Notes: generated by a model not told the origin, from the sequence alone. Positions 29,174-39,093 are shown, counted from the stretch's first letter. The stretch: DNA of 64,000 nucleotides from Deltaproteobacteria bacterium (GCA_033763315.1 JANRKS010000011.1:160001-224000), one strand, 5' to 3'. Numbers and translations: made by a program.

Positions 29174-29963
29174 ACGTCTCGAGCTCCTGGCGCGGTTTCA
29201 CTTTGTGATCGCGCCACCATTCGGGTTGCTGCACCAGTTGACCGCCGCGGTGTCGAAATAGACGGGCCGCGGCCAGCTCGGTGCTACTGCCCGCGTTGAA
29301 CAGGTTGAGTGGCCGCGCATGATCCGGAAACAGTGTGAAGGCGCGAGGCTGGTGGCGGTGACCGTGCAAAACTAGATCACAGCGGCCCGCCAAGCGTCGC
29401 AGCAGCGTCCAACCAAATTGCAGCTCCGACGTCCAACGCCACCCCAACCAAGAAGAGAGGAGCTCGCCCTTGGTGTCTTCGGGCAAGGGCAGGGGGTGGT
29501 GGTGAAGCAGGAGGATCGCCAGGTGTCCCGTGGGGGCCTCATCTAGGGCGTCGCTTATCTGCTGGATGTCTTCCATCGACATGGAGCCATGACCCTCGAG
29601 CCATGAACGGTTCTGTGGACCAGTGGAGTCGAACCGCACGACGTATGCGCCGTCAATCAGGCGCGTCTGCACGCGCGGACCGTTTTGAATGTGAGCCGCC
29701 ACGTCGTCGCCGTTGCGATCGTGGTTGCCTGGCACGGCCGTGAGGCGGCCACTTTCGATCAAGGGAGCAAAGATCGTTTTGTAGCGTTGCAACTCGTCTT
29801 TGCGGCCTCGGTTGGTGATGTCGCCGGTGACCACCACATGGTCGATCTGCTCGACGAGCACGCGCGTCACGAAGGCGCGGGCGCGGGTTTCATCGGCCGC
29901 GCTGCGGCCCAGGTGTAAGTCTGAAAGGTGAAGCAGCGTTGATGTCTTCATCATTGATTTCAT
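29127..29963 (-). CDS. Calcineurin-like metallophosphoesterase
   Basis: HLSDLH, TGDIT, PGNHD, LHHH, LHGHRH. Confidence 0.9.
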   Translation of the reverse strand: MKSMMKTSTLLHLSDLHLGRSAADETRARAFVTRVLVEQIDHVVVTGDITNRGRKDELQRYKTIFAPLIESGRLTAVPGNHDRNGDDVAAHIQNGPRVQTRLIDGAYVVRFDSTGPQNRSWLEGHGSMSMEDIQQISDALDEAPTGHLAILLLHHHPLPLPEDTKGELLSSWLGWRWTSELQFGWTLLRRLAGRCDLVLHGHRHQPRAFTLFPDHARPLNLFNAGSSTELAAARLFRHRGGQLVQQPEWWRDHKVKPRQELETFTRPMRAAALREERL

Positions 29964-30041
29964 TTCATAATTCGCGCGTGCGTTGCCAAAATGGGGGCGA
30001 CCATGTTGCGGGTTGGCAACATGTTTAGGGCGTCTTAGCGT

Positions 30042-30131
30042 TTGTCATGCGTTTGCCACGCAATCGATCACGGTTCGCCACACAGACCCTCGTACATGAC
30101 ATTCGTTACAAAAGCGTCATGAACTGCTCAC
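30042..30131 (+). promoter_or_regulatory. PHO-box-like 11-bp periodic arrays
   Basis: GTCAT/GCCAC/GATCA/GCCAC at 30044, 30055, 30066, 30077; GTTAC/GTCAT/CTCAC at 30105, 30116, 30127. Confidence 0.6.
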
Positions 30132-30164
30132 GCACGTGCCGGTTGACGAAGGTTAAATAGGCGC

Positions 30165-31031
30165 ATGCAAACAGAACTCGCGCTGCCCCAGCGCCTGTCC
30201 GTCTCACGCGGATACTTCACGCCAGCCACGTGGCCTTTTTGGGCCTTTCACATCATCATCATCGCCGGCATCCTCGGCTATGGATGGTCAACGAAATGGT
30301 TTCTCATCGCTGTGGCCATCTACTTTGCGCGCATGACGTTTGTCACGGCTGCCTACCATCGATATTTTTCTCACCGCGCCTTTAAGACCTCACGCGCTTT
30401 TCAGTTTGTGCTGGCATTGGCTGCGCAGACGTCGGCGCAAAAGGGCGTGCTGTGGTGGGCGGCACATCATCGCTTCCATCACAAACATTCGGACACGCCC
30501 CAGGACGCGCATTCAGCAAAACAGCAGGGGTTCTGGCATTCACACATTGGGTGGATCTTGGGGCCGAACTGGGACGACACCGATTACAAGCGTGTGGCAG
30601 ATCTGACGCCTTACCGTGAGTTGGTGATCCTCAACCATCCCGCCATCCGCCTGCTTCCCGCGGCGGCGCTCGCCGTGTTGTGTGGGGTTCTCGGAGGGGC
30701 AGAGGGCTTGTTCTGGGGGTTCTTCGTTTCCACAGTGATGCTGTGGCACGGCTCGTTTACCATCAACTCGCTGTCGCATATGTTCGGTACGCGCCGCTAC
30801 GACACGCCCGATAACTCGCGCAACAACTGGTTGTTGGCGGTGTTGACGACGGGCGAGGGCTGGCACAACAACCACCACCACTACCAAAGCGCTGCACGCC
30901 AAGGCTTGCGTTGGTGGGAGATCGACACTACGTATTACTTTCTGTGCTTGCTCAGTGGCCTGGGTTTGATCTGGGATCTGCGGCAATACCCCGCTGAGAT
31001 GACGGGCGCCCTCACAGACCATAGCGTTTGA
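30165..31031 (+). CDS. Delta-9-type acyl-CoA/acyl-lipid desaturase
   Basis: His boxes YHRYFSH, HHRFHH and GEGWHNNHH. Confidence 0.92.
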   Translation: MQTELALPQRLSVSRGYFTPATWPFWAFHIIIIAGILGYGWSTKWFLIAVAIYFARMTFVTAAYHRYFSHRAFKTSRAFQFVLALAAQTSAQKGVLWWAAHHRFHHKHSDTPQDAHSAKQQGFWHSHIGWILGPNWDDTDYKRVADLTPYRELVILNHPAIRLLPAAALAVLCGVLGGAEGLFWGFFVSTVMLWHGSFTINSLSHMFGTRRYDTPDNSRNNWLLAVLTTGEGWHNNHHHYQSAARQGLRWWEIDTTYYFLCLLSGLGLIWDLRQYPAEMTGALTDHSV

Positions 31032-31983
31032 GCTTCTCGTAAAGTGTGGAGGCCGCGATGCCCAGCACGCGCGCGGCCTGCACTTTGTTGCCGCGTGTCT
31101 GCAGCAGGGTTTGACGGATCGCTGTGCGCTCCAGGGCGTCGAGGCTTTGTCCTGCCAAGGGCAGTCGATCCAGAGGGTTGAGGTCGGCCGTGGACTCCAC
31201 AAACTTGATGTGATGTGGTTCCAGCACGGCATGGTCGGCGAATGCCAAGGCGTAGGCCAATGTGTTTTTCAGCTCGCGCACGTTGCCGGGCCACATATGG
31301 GACGCAAGCACGTCGTAAGTCTCTTGCGGCACCTTCATGTGCGGTTGACCAAGATCGCTCAACAGACGATCCACGAGGAGCGGCAAGTCTTCGAGGCGCT
31401 CACGCAGCGGAGGCAGGTGCAAAACGGCGGCAGCCAGTCGAAAGTAGAGATCTTGCCGAAACAGCTTGGTGCTGACTTGGCTGGCGAGGTCTCTGTTGGT
31501 GGCGGCCACGATGCGCACGTCAATGTGCCTGTCTTTCGTGCCACCCACACGGCGGACCGACCGGTTGTCGAGCACGCGCAGCAGCCGCGGTTGCAAATCA
31601 AGCGGTAGCTCGCCGATTTCGTCGAGGAACAGCGTTCCCCCTTGGGCGCTTTCGAAGGCGCCCGCGTGCTCGGCATGCGCGCCCGTAAACGCGCCCTTTT
31701 CGTGGCCGAACAATTCGCTCTCAATCAGGTTGGGAGGCACGGCCCCGCAATCGAACACAGTGAAGGGGCCGGCGGCGCGTTTGCTTTTGTCGTGAATGGC
31801 GTGCGCGAAGACATCTTTGCCTGCGCCGGTTTCGCCCAGAATTGTGACCGTGACGTCGCTTACGGCCAGGCGATCCACTAAATCGAAGACGGCGTGCATC
31901 TGCGGCGAGACGGCCGAGAGGTTGCCCAAGTATCGAGTGTCGCGCGGACGGTTTCTCACGAGCTTTTGAGGGGACACATCCAT
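31012..31983 (-). CDS. Sigma54 enhancer-binding protein without a sensory domain
   Basis: [39 protein letters not shown], Fis HTH; only about 25 aa precede the AAA+ domain; start uncertain. Confidence 0.9.
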   Translation of the reverse strand: MDVSPQKLVRNRPRDTRYLGNLSAVSPQMHAVFDLVDRLAVSDVTVTILGETGAGKDVFAHAIHDKSKRAAGPFTVFDCGAVPPNLIESELFGHEKGAFTGAHAEHAGAFESAQGGTLFLDEIGELPLDLQPRLLRVLDNRSVRRVGGTKDRHIDVRIVAATNRDLASQVSTKLFRQDLYFRLAAAVLHLPPLRERLEDLPLLVDRLLSDLGQPHMKVPQETYDVLASHMWPGNVRELKNTLAYALAFADHAVLEPHHIKFVESTADLNPLDRLPLAGQSLDALERTAIRQTLLQTRGNKVQAARVLGIAASTLYEKLKRYGL

Positions 31984-32125
31984 GGGGCGGCTTTGCCTAT
32001 AGCGCGCCAACATCCTGTAAATGTGACGTTTCGGCGCCTGGCAAGAAGCGTTTTGTTCGCCGTCTCGTGACATTGGGGGACCGTGCCGTGGGGTATACGG
32101 CTGTCCCAACCACACCAAGCATCAC

Positions 32126-32707
32126 GTGCGCCGCCTGAAAAACATAATATCGAGCGTGAGCGCCCCTGCCGTGCTGGCCGCCGTCGTGATGGTGTCCGCG
32201 TGCGGCCGTGAGGACGACACGCGGCCACCTGAGTGGGATTACATCTCGGCTGCGGTGTTTCAGCCCAACTGCGCAACAGCCAGCTGTCATAGCCGGGCCA
32301 CGGCCGCAGCGGGTTTAGACTTTTCAGATGCCGATCGCGGCTACACAAGCCTGACGGGTTTGTGGATTTGGATCGTGGATCCCAACGCCATGGGGCCCGG
32401 ATGCCGACCTCACAATGGGACTGACATCTGTGAGCGTGGCGACCGCCCGCTGGTCACGCCCTATGTGCCTTCGCAATCTCGCCTGGTGAACTCTTTGCGC
32501 GCGCGTGGCTCGTCCCGCATGCCGCCGGATCGGCCTTTGACCGAAGCGGATATCGCGCTGGTGGAGAGATGGATATTAAATGGTGCCTTCCGCGAGCCCG
32601 CCCTCGTACGCGCGCGGAGAGATGGCGGGGCTGCGGACGCGGCAGACGGAACAGCTGACGCCGATGCAGGCGTCGGTCCGGCCAACGATGCGCAAGGTGG
32701 AGGCTAA
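32126..32707 (+). CDS. Monoheme cytochrome c-like lipoprotein (CX4CH)
   Basis: Lipobox VSAC; CATASCH; RMPP..PL...DI..VERWI.NGA (planctomycete-cytochrome-like). Confidence 0.7.
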   Translation: MRRLKNIISSVSAPAVLAAVVMVSACGREDDTRPPEWDYISAAVFQPNCATASCHSRATAAAGLDFSDADRGYTSLTGLWIWIVDPNAMGPGCRPHNGTDICERGDRPLVTPYVPSQSRLVNSLRARGSSRMPPDRPLTEADIALVERWILNGAFREPALVRARRDGGAADAADGTADADAGVGPANDAQGGG

Positions 32708-32708
32708 C

Positions 32709-33881
32709 GTGAACTGCCTTGGTATGGCGCTGCGCTTTGGGCTGTCATTGTTGATGGCTTTGGTGGCCGTGGTGGCCACGAGCCGCGTTGCTCACGCCTA
32801 CGCTCAATGGCAGTTCTCAAGCGGCACTGTGCGATGCAACCAGTGCCACTATGCGCCGGCTGGAGGCGGTTTGCTTCGGGGCTATGGCCGGGATGCCAAC
32901 GGCGAAGAGCTTTCCACGTTTGAGGGCGATGGCAGCTTTCTTCACGGCGCTGTGGCGTTGCCATCGTGGTTGGCGTTGGGGGCAGACATCCGCGGCGCTT
33001 TTGTGGCCCACAACGCGCAAGATCCGAACGGAACCAAGCTGGCCGTTTTCCCAATGCAGTTCGACCTGCTGGGGCGGGTGGCGTTGCCCTTTGATATATC
33101 GTTTCAAGCCTCGGCCGGCATTAGAGGCCGTGTGAGAGACGATTCGCAGGAAATTCCCACACAGAATTATCAGCCCATTACTGCGTCGTGGCTGGTGTCG
33201 CGTGAACACTTCTTCATGTGGCAACCTGCCGCCGTCGGCCCCTATGTGAGGCTCGGTCGCTTCTTCGCGCCTTACGGCTTGCGGATGGCGGAGCACATCC
33301 TTTACGTGCGACGCGACCTTGGCTTCAACCAGCTGATGGAGTCCTACAATCTATCGGCGGGCGCTGTGTACGACGCTTGGGAACTGCATGTCACAGGCTT
33401 TTTGCCCGATTTCGCCCGGCACATCGGCAGTGATGAAGGCGGCGTGGCGGCTTTGTTCGAGCGCCGCATTTTGAACGACCATGGTTCGATTGGTCTGCAA
33501 GGCAAGTACGGCAATGGTCCCGGCATCGAGCGCACCATGGCTGGCGTGGTGGGGAAGCTCCACATGCCGTCGCTGCGCACGATGTTGTTGGCGGAGGCCA
33601 ACCTCGTTCACCAAGAGCTTTCCGTTGTGGGCGGCAGCAACCAGTTCGTGGGGGCGGCAGGCTTTGCCTCCTTCCCCACGCGTGGCTTGGTGCTCACGGT
33701 GCTGGGCGAGCGAAATCATCAAGACATCGCCATCAAGGGCACCGCGTGGAACGCGGGCACAGTGTTGCTGGGTTGGTTCCCGTACCCGCATTTTGAGGTG
33801 GCGGCGATGGGGCGGCTGCAGTTTCCGGAAGGCCAGGACACCACGCAGACCTTCTTGTTTCAGATCCACTATTTTCTGTGA
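32709..33881 (+). CDS. Fused monoheme cytochrome c / outer-membrane beta-barrel (Cyc2-like architecture)
   Basis: Signal ending AHA; CNQCH about 12 aa after cleavage; amphipathic strands, YVRLGRFFAPYG; C-terminal FQIHYFL. Confidence 0.7.
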   Translation: MNCLGMALRFGLSLLMALVAVVATSRVAHAYAQWQFSSGTVRCNQCHYAPAGGGLLRGYGRDANGEELSTFEGDGSFLHGAVALPSWLALGADIRGAFVAHNAQDPNGTKLAVFPMQFDLLGRVALPFDISFQASAGIRGRVRDDSQEIPTQNYQPITASWLVSREHFFMWQPAAVGPYVRLGRFFAPYGLRMAEHILYVRRDLGFNQLMESYNLSAGAVYDAWELHVTGFLPDFARHIGSDEGGVAALFERRILNDHGSIGLQGKYGNGPGIERTMAGVVGKLHMPSLRTMLLAEANLVHQELSVVGGSNQFVGAAGFASFPTRGLVLTVLGERNHQDIAIKGTAWNAGTVLLGWFPYPHFEVAAMGRLQFPEGQDTTQTFLFQIHYFL

Positions 33882-34576
33882 GGACCATGCGAGCGCTTTT
33901 CTTCACAACCCCCTTATTCGCGCTGCTTTCTGGAGCTTGCACGCCTCCTCCTGATGCGGAAGCGAACCCCACGTGGGCTGATGTCGAGCCGATTCTGCGC
34001 GGGCAATGCAATTACTGCCATGGCGCGACCGCGCAGAAGACGGGCTCTATCGGGTCGGCGGTTTATCGCCTGGACTTTTATGACCTGGAGAGTTGCGGCG
34101 ACGCCGCCTTCGCAATGAGCAACAAAGCACTCGCGCAGGCCTCGGCTTCCTTGTTCACAAGCGATCTGACGATTCCACCCACGGGCGATCGGCCTCGTAT
34201 GCCTCCAGCACCCGCCGTGGCCTTGGAAGACTGGCAGCGTGAAACTCTATTGAAATGGGCGAAGAACCCCGTCAAGGGCCCGCCACCCGCGGACAATAAA
34301 CCGCCGTTTATGCAGGTGCAGAAGCTGCCGGTGAGCGCTGATCGGTCGCTGTCTTTCACCGCGGTCACAGATGATCCCGATGGACACTCTGTTGTGGGGG
34401 TGATTCGCGTGGCAAACGCGCTGTTCCGTATGGATCGTTCGGGCTCGTTCGCCGTGAACATTGACGCTTCAGCCTGGCCCGAAGGTTCACAACGTATCAC
34501 GGCCACGCTGTGCGACGGCTGGACGCAAGCACAGTTCGACTTGGGGCAAGTGGTCATCAAGCACAGCGGCCGCTAG
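33878..34576 (+). CDS. Monoheme cytochrome c lipoprotein with C-terminal Ig-like domain
   Basis: Lipobox SGAC; PTWADVEPIL..QCNYCH; RMPP...L...Q.E.L.KW. Confidence 0.75.
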   Translation: MRTMRALFFTTPLFALLSGACTPPPDAEANPTWADVEPILRGQCNYCHGATAQKTGSIGSAVYRLDFYDLESCGDAAFAMSNKALAQASASLFTSDLTIPPTGDRPRMPPAPAVALEDWQRETLLKWAKNPVKGPPPADNKPPFMQVQKLPVSADRSLSFTAVTDDPDGHSVVGVIRVANALFRMDRSGSFAVNIDASAWPEGSQRITATLCDGWTQAQFDLGQVVIKHSGR

Positions 34577-35211
34577 GGCGAGGGCAGGGCGGTCCGCAAG
34601 ATCACGTTGTCGAACAGCGCCGGTGTCGTGTTGTCGACGTCTGTGCTGACGGTGGCCAGCTGGGCGCGCACAGACCGCGACGCCGTTGGTGACAACGCGT
34701 GCATAGAAAGTGTTTCCCACAGCTTGGAGCCAGACACGCTGGGTGATGTGAACCTCTCCAGGCTCCGGCCACCACACGCTTGCCCATCAAAGAATTCAAG
34801 ACTGATCGCGGCGCGGGCAGAGCTAGAGGCCAAGCGCACGCTTGCCAGCAATTGGTAGGGGGCGGCGGACTGTGCGGGCACGCATTGCCACGACCCTGTG
34901 GTGGATATGGCGGCGTCCGCAAACGTTTGACTTGCGCCTTCGTCAGCGGTCCAACCTTGCAGGTCGTCTCTGAAACTGAAGTTGCTTAGCAACGAGGTTT
35001 CCGCTCGCTCAACGGGCTCCTTTTGCCACGCCAATGCCTGTGGCGAAGGAACCGCGTTTGAATCAAAAATACCTTCGACCTTCACAAGAATCTCGCAGTT
35101 TGCACAACTGCCCACCCGCTGTACGGTGCCCCAGTCATAGCCGCAGGCCATCGCCGATGTGGCGGCAACAAAGACCCCAAAGGCCTGCCGGGCGAAAGAG
35201 CTAAGACACAT
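34573..35211 (-). CDS. Lipoprotein with CBM-like jelly-roll module (module D)
   Basis: Lipobox AMAC; N..F...L.GW ... QCV ... F....C.G ... ALFDNV, shared with 47884 and 55446. Confidence 0.65.
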   Translation of the reverse strand: MCLSSFARQAFGVFVAATSAMACGYDWGTVQRVGSCANCEILVKVEGIFDSNAVPSPQALAWQKEPVERAETSLLSNFSFRDDLQGWTADEGASQTFADAAISTTGSWQCVPAQSAAPYQLLASVRLASSSARAAISLEFFDGQACGGRSLERFTSPSVSGSKLWETLSMHALSPTASRSVRAQLATVSTDVDNTTPALFDNVILRTALPSP

Positions 35212-35287
35212 GTTGGGCGCGCTCCCTTAGCTTAGTTGACCTCGGGTGAATTGAAACAGTGCGGTTTGCCTGCAACACAATCGTCAC

Positions 35288-35326
35288 AAAAGCAAAACGC
35301 CCGCCCTCCCGAAGGAAAGCCGGCGC
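35288..35326 (-). terminator. Rho-independent terminator
   Basis: Minus strand CGCCGGCTTTCC-TTCG-GGAGGGCGGGCG followed by TTTTGCTTTT. Confidence 0.8.
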
Positions 35327-35346
35327 CTTACTAACCGATCAGCTGG

Positions 35347-36864
35347 TTACAGCGTGCACTGCGCGGAGCAGGAAGCGCCGTCGCAGAAGATCAGGTTTGT
35401 ACCGCCACCGATGGGGAAGCCTGGGTCGCGGAAGCGAGTGCCAACGTCCGTTGCTTGACGTTCAGCGCACACGCCGTCGGCGATTTCGGCCGCGGTGCAG
35501 GGCTCGAGCTCAGCAGCGGCTTCAGCTTGGGCCTTGCAGAGGCCGTTGCCGTTGCCACCCAAGCACTGGCTGTCACTGCGTGTACCGCAGTAGCACTTTT
35601 GTGGGTCGGTGCCGCCAGCGGAGCACTTGGTTGTACGGATGCAGGCCACCCAAGCTTCGCAAGCTGCCTTGCGAGCGCCGGTGTAAAGGCCACAACCCGC
35701 CGTGTTGGCATCGCAGCTCGTGGCTTCGCAGGCAACGCAGAGATCGATCGTCTTGCAAGCCGTGGTGCAGGTCGCGCTGCCAGCAGGACCGGCATCGCAC
35801 TCTTCACCGTCGTCAACAACGCTGTCGCCGCAAACGGGGATCTTGGGGAACTTGCAGGTTGCGGAGCAGACGCCGCCAGCCACAGGCGAGCCGGGAGGAT
35901 CGCATTGCTCGCCAGGTTGAACCAAGCTGTTGCCACAGGCCACAGGAATAACTTGGCAGGTCGCCGAGCAGGTGTTTTCGCCACCCGAGGTCGCATTGGG
36001 TGGGTCGCAGCCTTCGCCCGCTTCCAACTTACCATTGCCGCAAACTGGAATGATTTGGCAATCAGCGTTGCAGCTCACGCCGTTGGTCACAACGCCTGGA
36101 GGCTCACATTGCTCGCCCAGGTTCGTCTCAAGCACACCGTTGCCACAGCTCAAAGCCACACAGTTCACGTCCACAGAGGCCGTGGTGGTGCACTTGCTGT
36201 CGGAAACTGAAACCGTCAACGTCTTCAGACCACCCGAGGTGCAGGTGAACTTCGTGGAAGCGGCGCCGGCTGCTTCGAATGTGCCACCCGTCCAGGCGAA
36301 CACCAGCGTGTCGGTTGCGTCCAAGTCGGAGGCCGTGGCGCCAACCGAGATCTTGCCGCCCACGGACACAGCCTGAGGAGCCACAACCTGCGAGGTGATG
36401 GCTGGGCAGTTGTTCGTGGAGCCGGTAATCGCAACGTTGCCCGAGGTCACTTCGGCGCGGCATTGCAATTGAACGGAAACCAACGTGGTCTTTCCGGCTT
36501 CAACGCCGAAGGTGGCTTGACCACCGCAGGTCGTCTTGCCGTCCGTGGACTTGGCCGTCAGGTCCATCACGTACCCTGTGCCGGCAGGAATGCCGCCCAC
36601 GAAGAACGTCAAGGTGGCGCCGGGATCGCTTACGTCAACGCTGCCCGCGATGGGCGCGCCGAGCGGAGGAACGCCGCCCGAGATTGAGTAGTCAACGCTG
36701 TTAACGTTAACACCATTGGAAAGCTTCAAAGCCATGCTCAGCACGCCCGTTGCGGGAGCGCCTTGGTTCTTGTCTTTGTCGCTGGAACAGTTGACGACTG
36801 CGGCTGCCGAAACGACACCCGCGATCGCCAGAAACATTGCCTTCTTGGCTGTTGTCTGGAACAT
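35347..36864 (-). CDS. Cys-rich surface lipoprotein: Ig-like A + PKD-like B + four myxobacterial Cys repeats (DUF4215-like) + 16-Cys module C
   Basis: GAGGAGG RBS; lipobox VNC; CG(N/D).....GE.C(D/E) x4. Confidence 0.85.
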   Translation of the reverse strand: MFQTTAKKAMFLAIAGVVSAAAVVNCSSDKDKNQGAPATGVLSMALKLSNGVNVNSVDYSISGGVPPLGAPIAGSVDVSDPGATLTFFVGGIPAGTGYVMDLTAKSTDGKTTCGGQATFGVEAGKTTLVSVQLQCRAEVTSGNVAITGSTNNCPAITSQVVAPQAVSVGGKISVGATASDLDATDTLVFAWTGGTFEAAGAASTKFTCTSGGLKTLTVSVSDSKCTTTASVDVNCVALSCGNGVLETNLGEQCEPPGVVTNGVSCNADCQIIPVCGNGKLEAGEGCDPPNATSGGENTCSATCQVIPVACGNSLVQPGEQCDPPGSPVAGGVCSATCKFPKIPVCGDSVVDDGEECDAGPAGSATCTTACKTIDLCVACEATSCDANTAGCGLYTGARKAACEAWVACIRTTKCSAGGTDPQKCYCGTRSDSQCLGGNGNGLCKAQAEAAAELEPCTAAEIADGVCAERQATDVGTRFRDPGFPIGGGTNLIFCDGASCSAQCTL

Positions 36865-36948
36865 CGAAATCCTCCTCAAAAAGAACTTTACTGAAAGGTT
36901 GGTAGTGACACTGGTGCACGGAACGCGCTGCCAGCAACACCCGCCCTA

Positions 36949-36963
36949 TCAAGGAGCGAGCCA
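36949..36963 (-). promoter_or_regulatory. Sigma54 -24/-12-like promoter
   Basis: TGGCTCGCTCCTTGA(T): canonical spacing, -12 TTGA instead of TTGC. Confidence 0.5.
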
Positions 36964-37297
36964 AACAGGGTGTGGTCGTGAAGTTGTAACGAAGTGCCAC
37001 GCAGACATTGGACTTCACAGGGAATGCACTTCGATTTGTGACGGTTGATTGCGTGCAAAACGAGAGTTGTGGCGCCTCACGTCTCCGGATTCCGGTGATG
37101 TGCATTCGAAAGCTGGAAACCTTTGGCGTCGTCTGGGCCGCCCTACAGAAATCGAACGAGACCCTTCGATAATCGAACGATCCGTAAGCAACATTCGTGT
37201 GCCACACCCGATGCCGATGTCGCGAAACCAGCGTCATGTCGAGCAAGGGTTGGGGTGCACCCATAGTTTTTTAACAATCGTGTGCCTACGCCTCTGT

Positions 37298-37312
37298 TGG
37301 CCCAGTCCTTGT
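37298..37312 (+). promoter_or_regulatory. Sigma54 -24/-12-like promoter
   Basis: TGGCCCAGTCCTTGT(T), 69 bp upstream of ATG 37381. Confidence 0.45.
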
Positions 37313-37380
37313 TACGGGGCTTGGTTGGGAATCCCACAAGCGGTTCCCCCAATTCGACCAAACTCACCGGAGGAGATGTT

Positions 37381-39021
37381 ATGAGATCTATGTTTCTAGG
37401 GGCAGCTTTCGTCACCATCAGCGCGACCGCCGCGTCTGTTGGTGCAATAAACATTTCAGGGTCTGACACCCTGGAGCTTTTTACGGACCTCGTGTTGGCA
37501 GACCCTGCCTGTACGGGTGTTAGCTCGTTGAACTACGTTGGTGGCGGTTCCACCAAAGGCCAGAACGACACCGTTGCTGGCTTGCAGCAGGTAACGTCGA
37601 TGTCCCGTTACCTCAACAGCACCGCGGCCGCCTGCGCTTCGTATCCTGAAGGCGAAGGCATCGTGGTTGCTCTTGATGGTTTGGCCGTTGTCGCCAACAA
37701 GGGCGAAGCTGCCGCTTGCGGAAACGCCTTGGCCACCAATAAGGTTTTGCCCAGCGGCTACACGTTGGGTGGCTGGCGCGACGCTTTGAGCATCATCTAC
37801 TTTGGCCGTCAAAAGGACAGCACAACGCGAGATTGCAACAGCGCCGTTCGTAACGAGCTGGTCAACAACTGGGGAAGCTTGTTCCAATCCGGTTGTGCGG
37901 GCGGGACGTGCACGAAGTTGAACCACGCTTGGCGTCGTTCTGACTTCTCGGGCACCACGGACGTGTTCGTGGCCTTGGTTTCCGCGAGCCACCCGGGTGG
38001 CGGCGGCAGCCTTTCGATCCCGCTCAAGACGGGCTCAGGCGTGAACCCCTTCTGCAACTCCGCAACAACGGCGCAAGCCGGCGGCGTGTCTGACTTCCAA
38101 GACAACGATCCGATTCGTCGCGACTGCACGAGCGATGAGCAGGTGTGCTCGATGCCCCTTTACAGCGGCTCGACGCTTTCCCGCAACGACAAGAAGCTGG
38201 GCTTGGTTCAGGTGATCTTCGTGCCTGAACTCAGCACCAACGCGGAAAACTACCCCACGCAAGCCTGTACGTTCGGCCAATGCCGCTTCTTGCTCACGGG
38301 TGCAACGGTTCTGAACTGTCCTAACGGCAAGTCGCAATTGTTCGGCAAGTGCTTCGGCCCTGTGCGCACCACGGGATTGCCCGCTGGTCAGTTCGATGCC
38401 TCTTGCATCAACCAACCGAACTTCACCTGCTTTGGCGCCACGCCTGGCCAAGATGGCCGTGCGTATAACCTGGCCGTTCGCAAGGCGGACGGAAAATACG
38501 TTGTGGACAAGGAAAACCGCCCCGTGTTTGGCGCTTACTTCCGCATCCACACAACTCAACAAACCATCAGCCCCACGGGCGTGATGACGTTGGGCACCCC
38601 GCTTTGCCGCGAAGACGATGCCACCCGCCAAATCGGCTGCTTGCCACAAGTTGACAAGTGCTCCATCGGCTTTGCTGGCCGCGAAGCAGAGTCCGCTGAA
38701 TTGCGTCCTGACACCAAGGCGCTTTCGGTTGACGGCGTCTTCCCAACGCTTGAAAACGTTGAGTCGTTGGTCACGGGCGTTGGCCCACGTTACCCATTGG
38801 CACGCAAGCTGTACTTCAACACCTTGAAGGGTTTTGGCGCCGTCACGGGTGAAGAAGCCAACTTGGCAGCATGTATGTCGAACAAGACGATCGTTGACCG
38901 CGCTGTCAACGCCTCGGGCTTCATTCCGCTGCCTGGCACCGCCTTGAAGTGCCAAGACAACGGCTGTGGCGCCGGCACCGGCTGCGAGAACAACATCGCT
39001 CCGATTCCATCGGCTGAGTAG
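37381..39021 (+). CDS. Secreted PstS-like phosphate-binding-fold protein with large Cys-rich insertions
   Basis: GGAGGAG RBS; signal peptide; GSDT, GGGSTKG, MSR, ALDGLAVV, RRSDFSGTT, DGV.PT.ENV, YPLARKLY, GFIPL. Confidence 0.8.
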   Translation: MRSMFLGAAFVTISATAASVGAINISGSDTLELFTDLVLADPACTGVSSLNYVGGGSTKGQNDTVAGLQQVTSMSRYLNSTAAACASYPEGEGIVVALDGLAVVANKGEAAACGNALATNKVLPSGYTLGGWRDALSIIYFGRQKDSTTRDCNSAVRNELVNNWGSLFQSGCAGGTCTKLNHAWRRSDFSGTTDVFVALVSASHPGGGGSLSIPLKTGSGVNPFCNSATTAQAGGVSDFQDNDPIRRDCTSDEQVCSMPLYSGSTLSRNDKKLGLVQVIFVPELSTNAENYPTQACTFGQCRFLLTGATVLNCPNGKSQLFGKCFGPVRTTGLPAGQFDASCINQPNFTCFGATPGQDGRAYNLAVRKADGKYVVDKENRPVFGAYFRIHTTQQTISPTGVMTLGTPLCREDDATRQIGCLPQVDKCSIGFAGREAESAELRPDTKALSVDGVFPTLENVESLVTGVGPRYPLARKLYFNTLKGFGAVTGEEANLAACMSNKTIVDRAVNASGFIPLPGTALKCQDNGCGAGTGCENNIAPIPSAE

Positions 39022-39057
39022 TTGTTCCGTTCGTCTGCGCTTTGCAGATAGGTAGGG

Positions 39058-39093
39058 GCCCCCGGGCGGGAAAGCGACGGGGGCTTTTGCTTT
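39058..39093 (+). terminator. Rho-independent terminator
   Basis: GCCCCCG..CGGGGGC stem followed by TTTTGCTTT. Confidence 0.75.
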
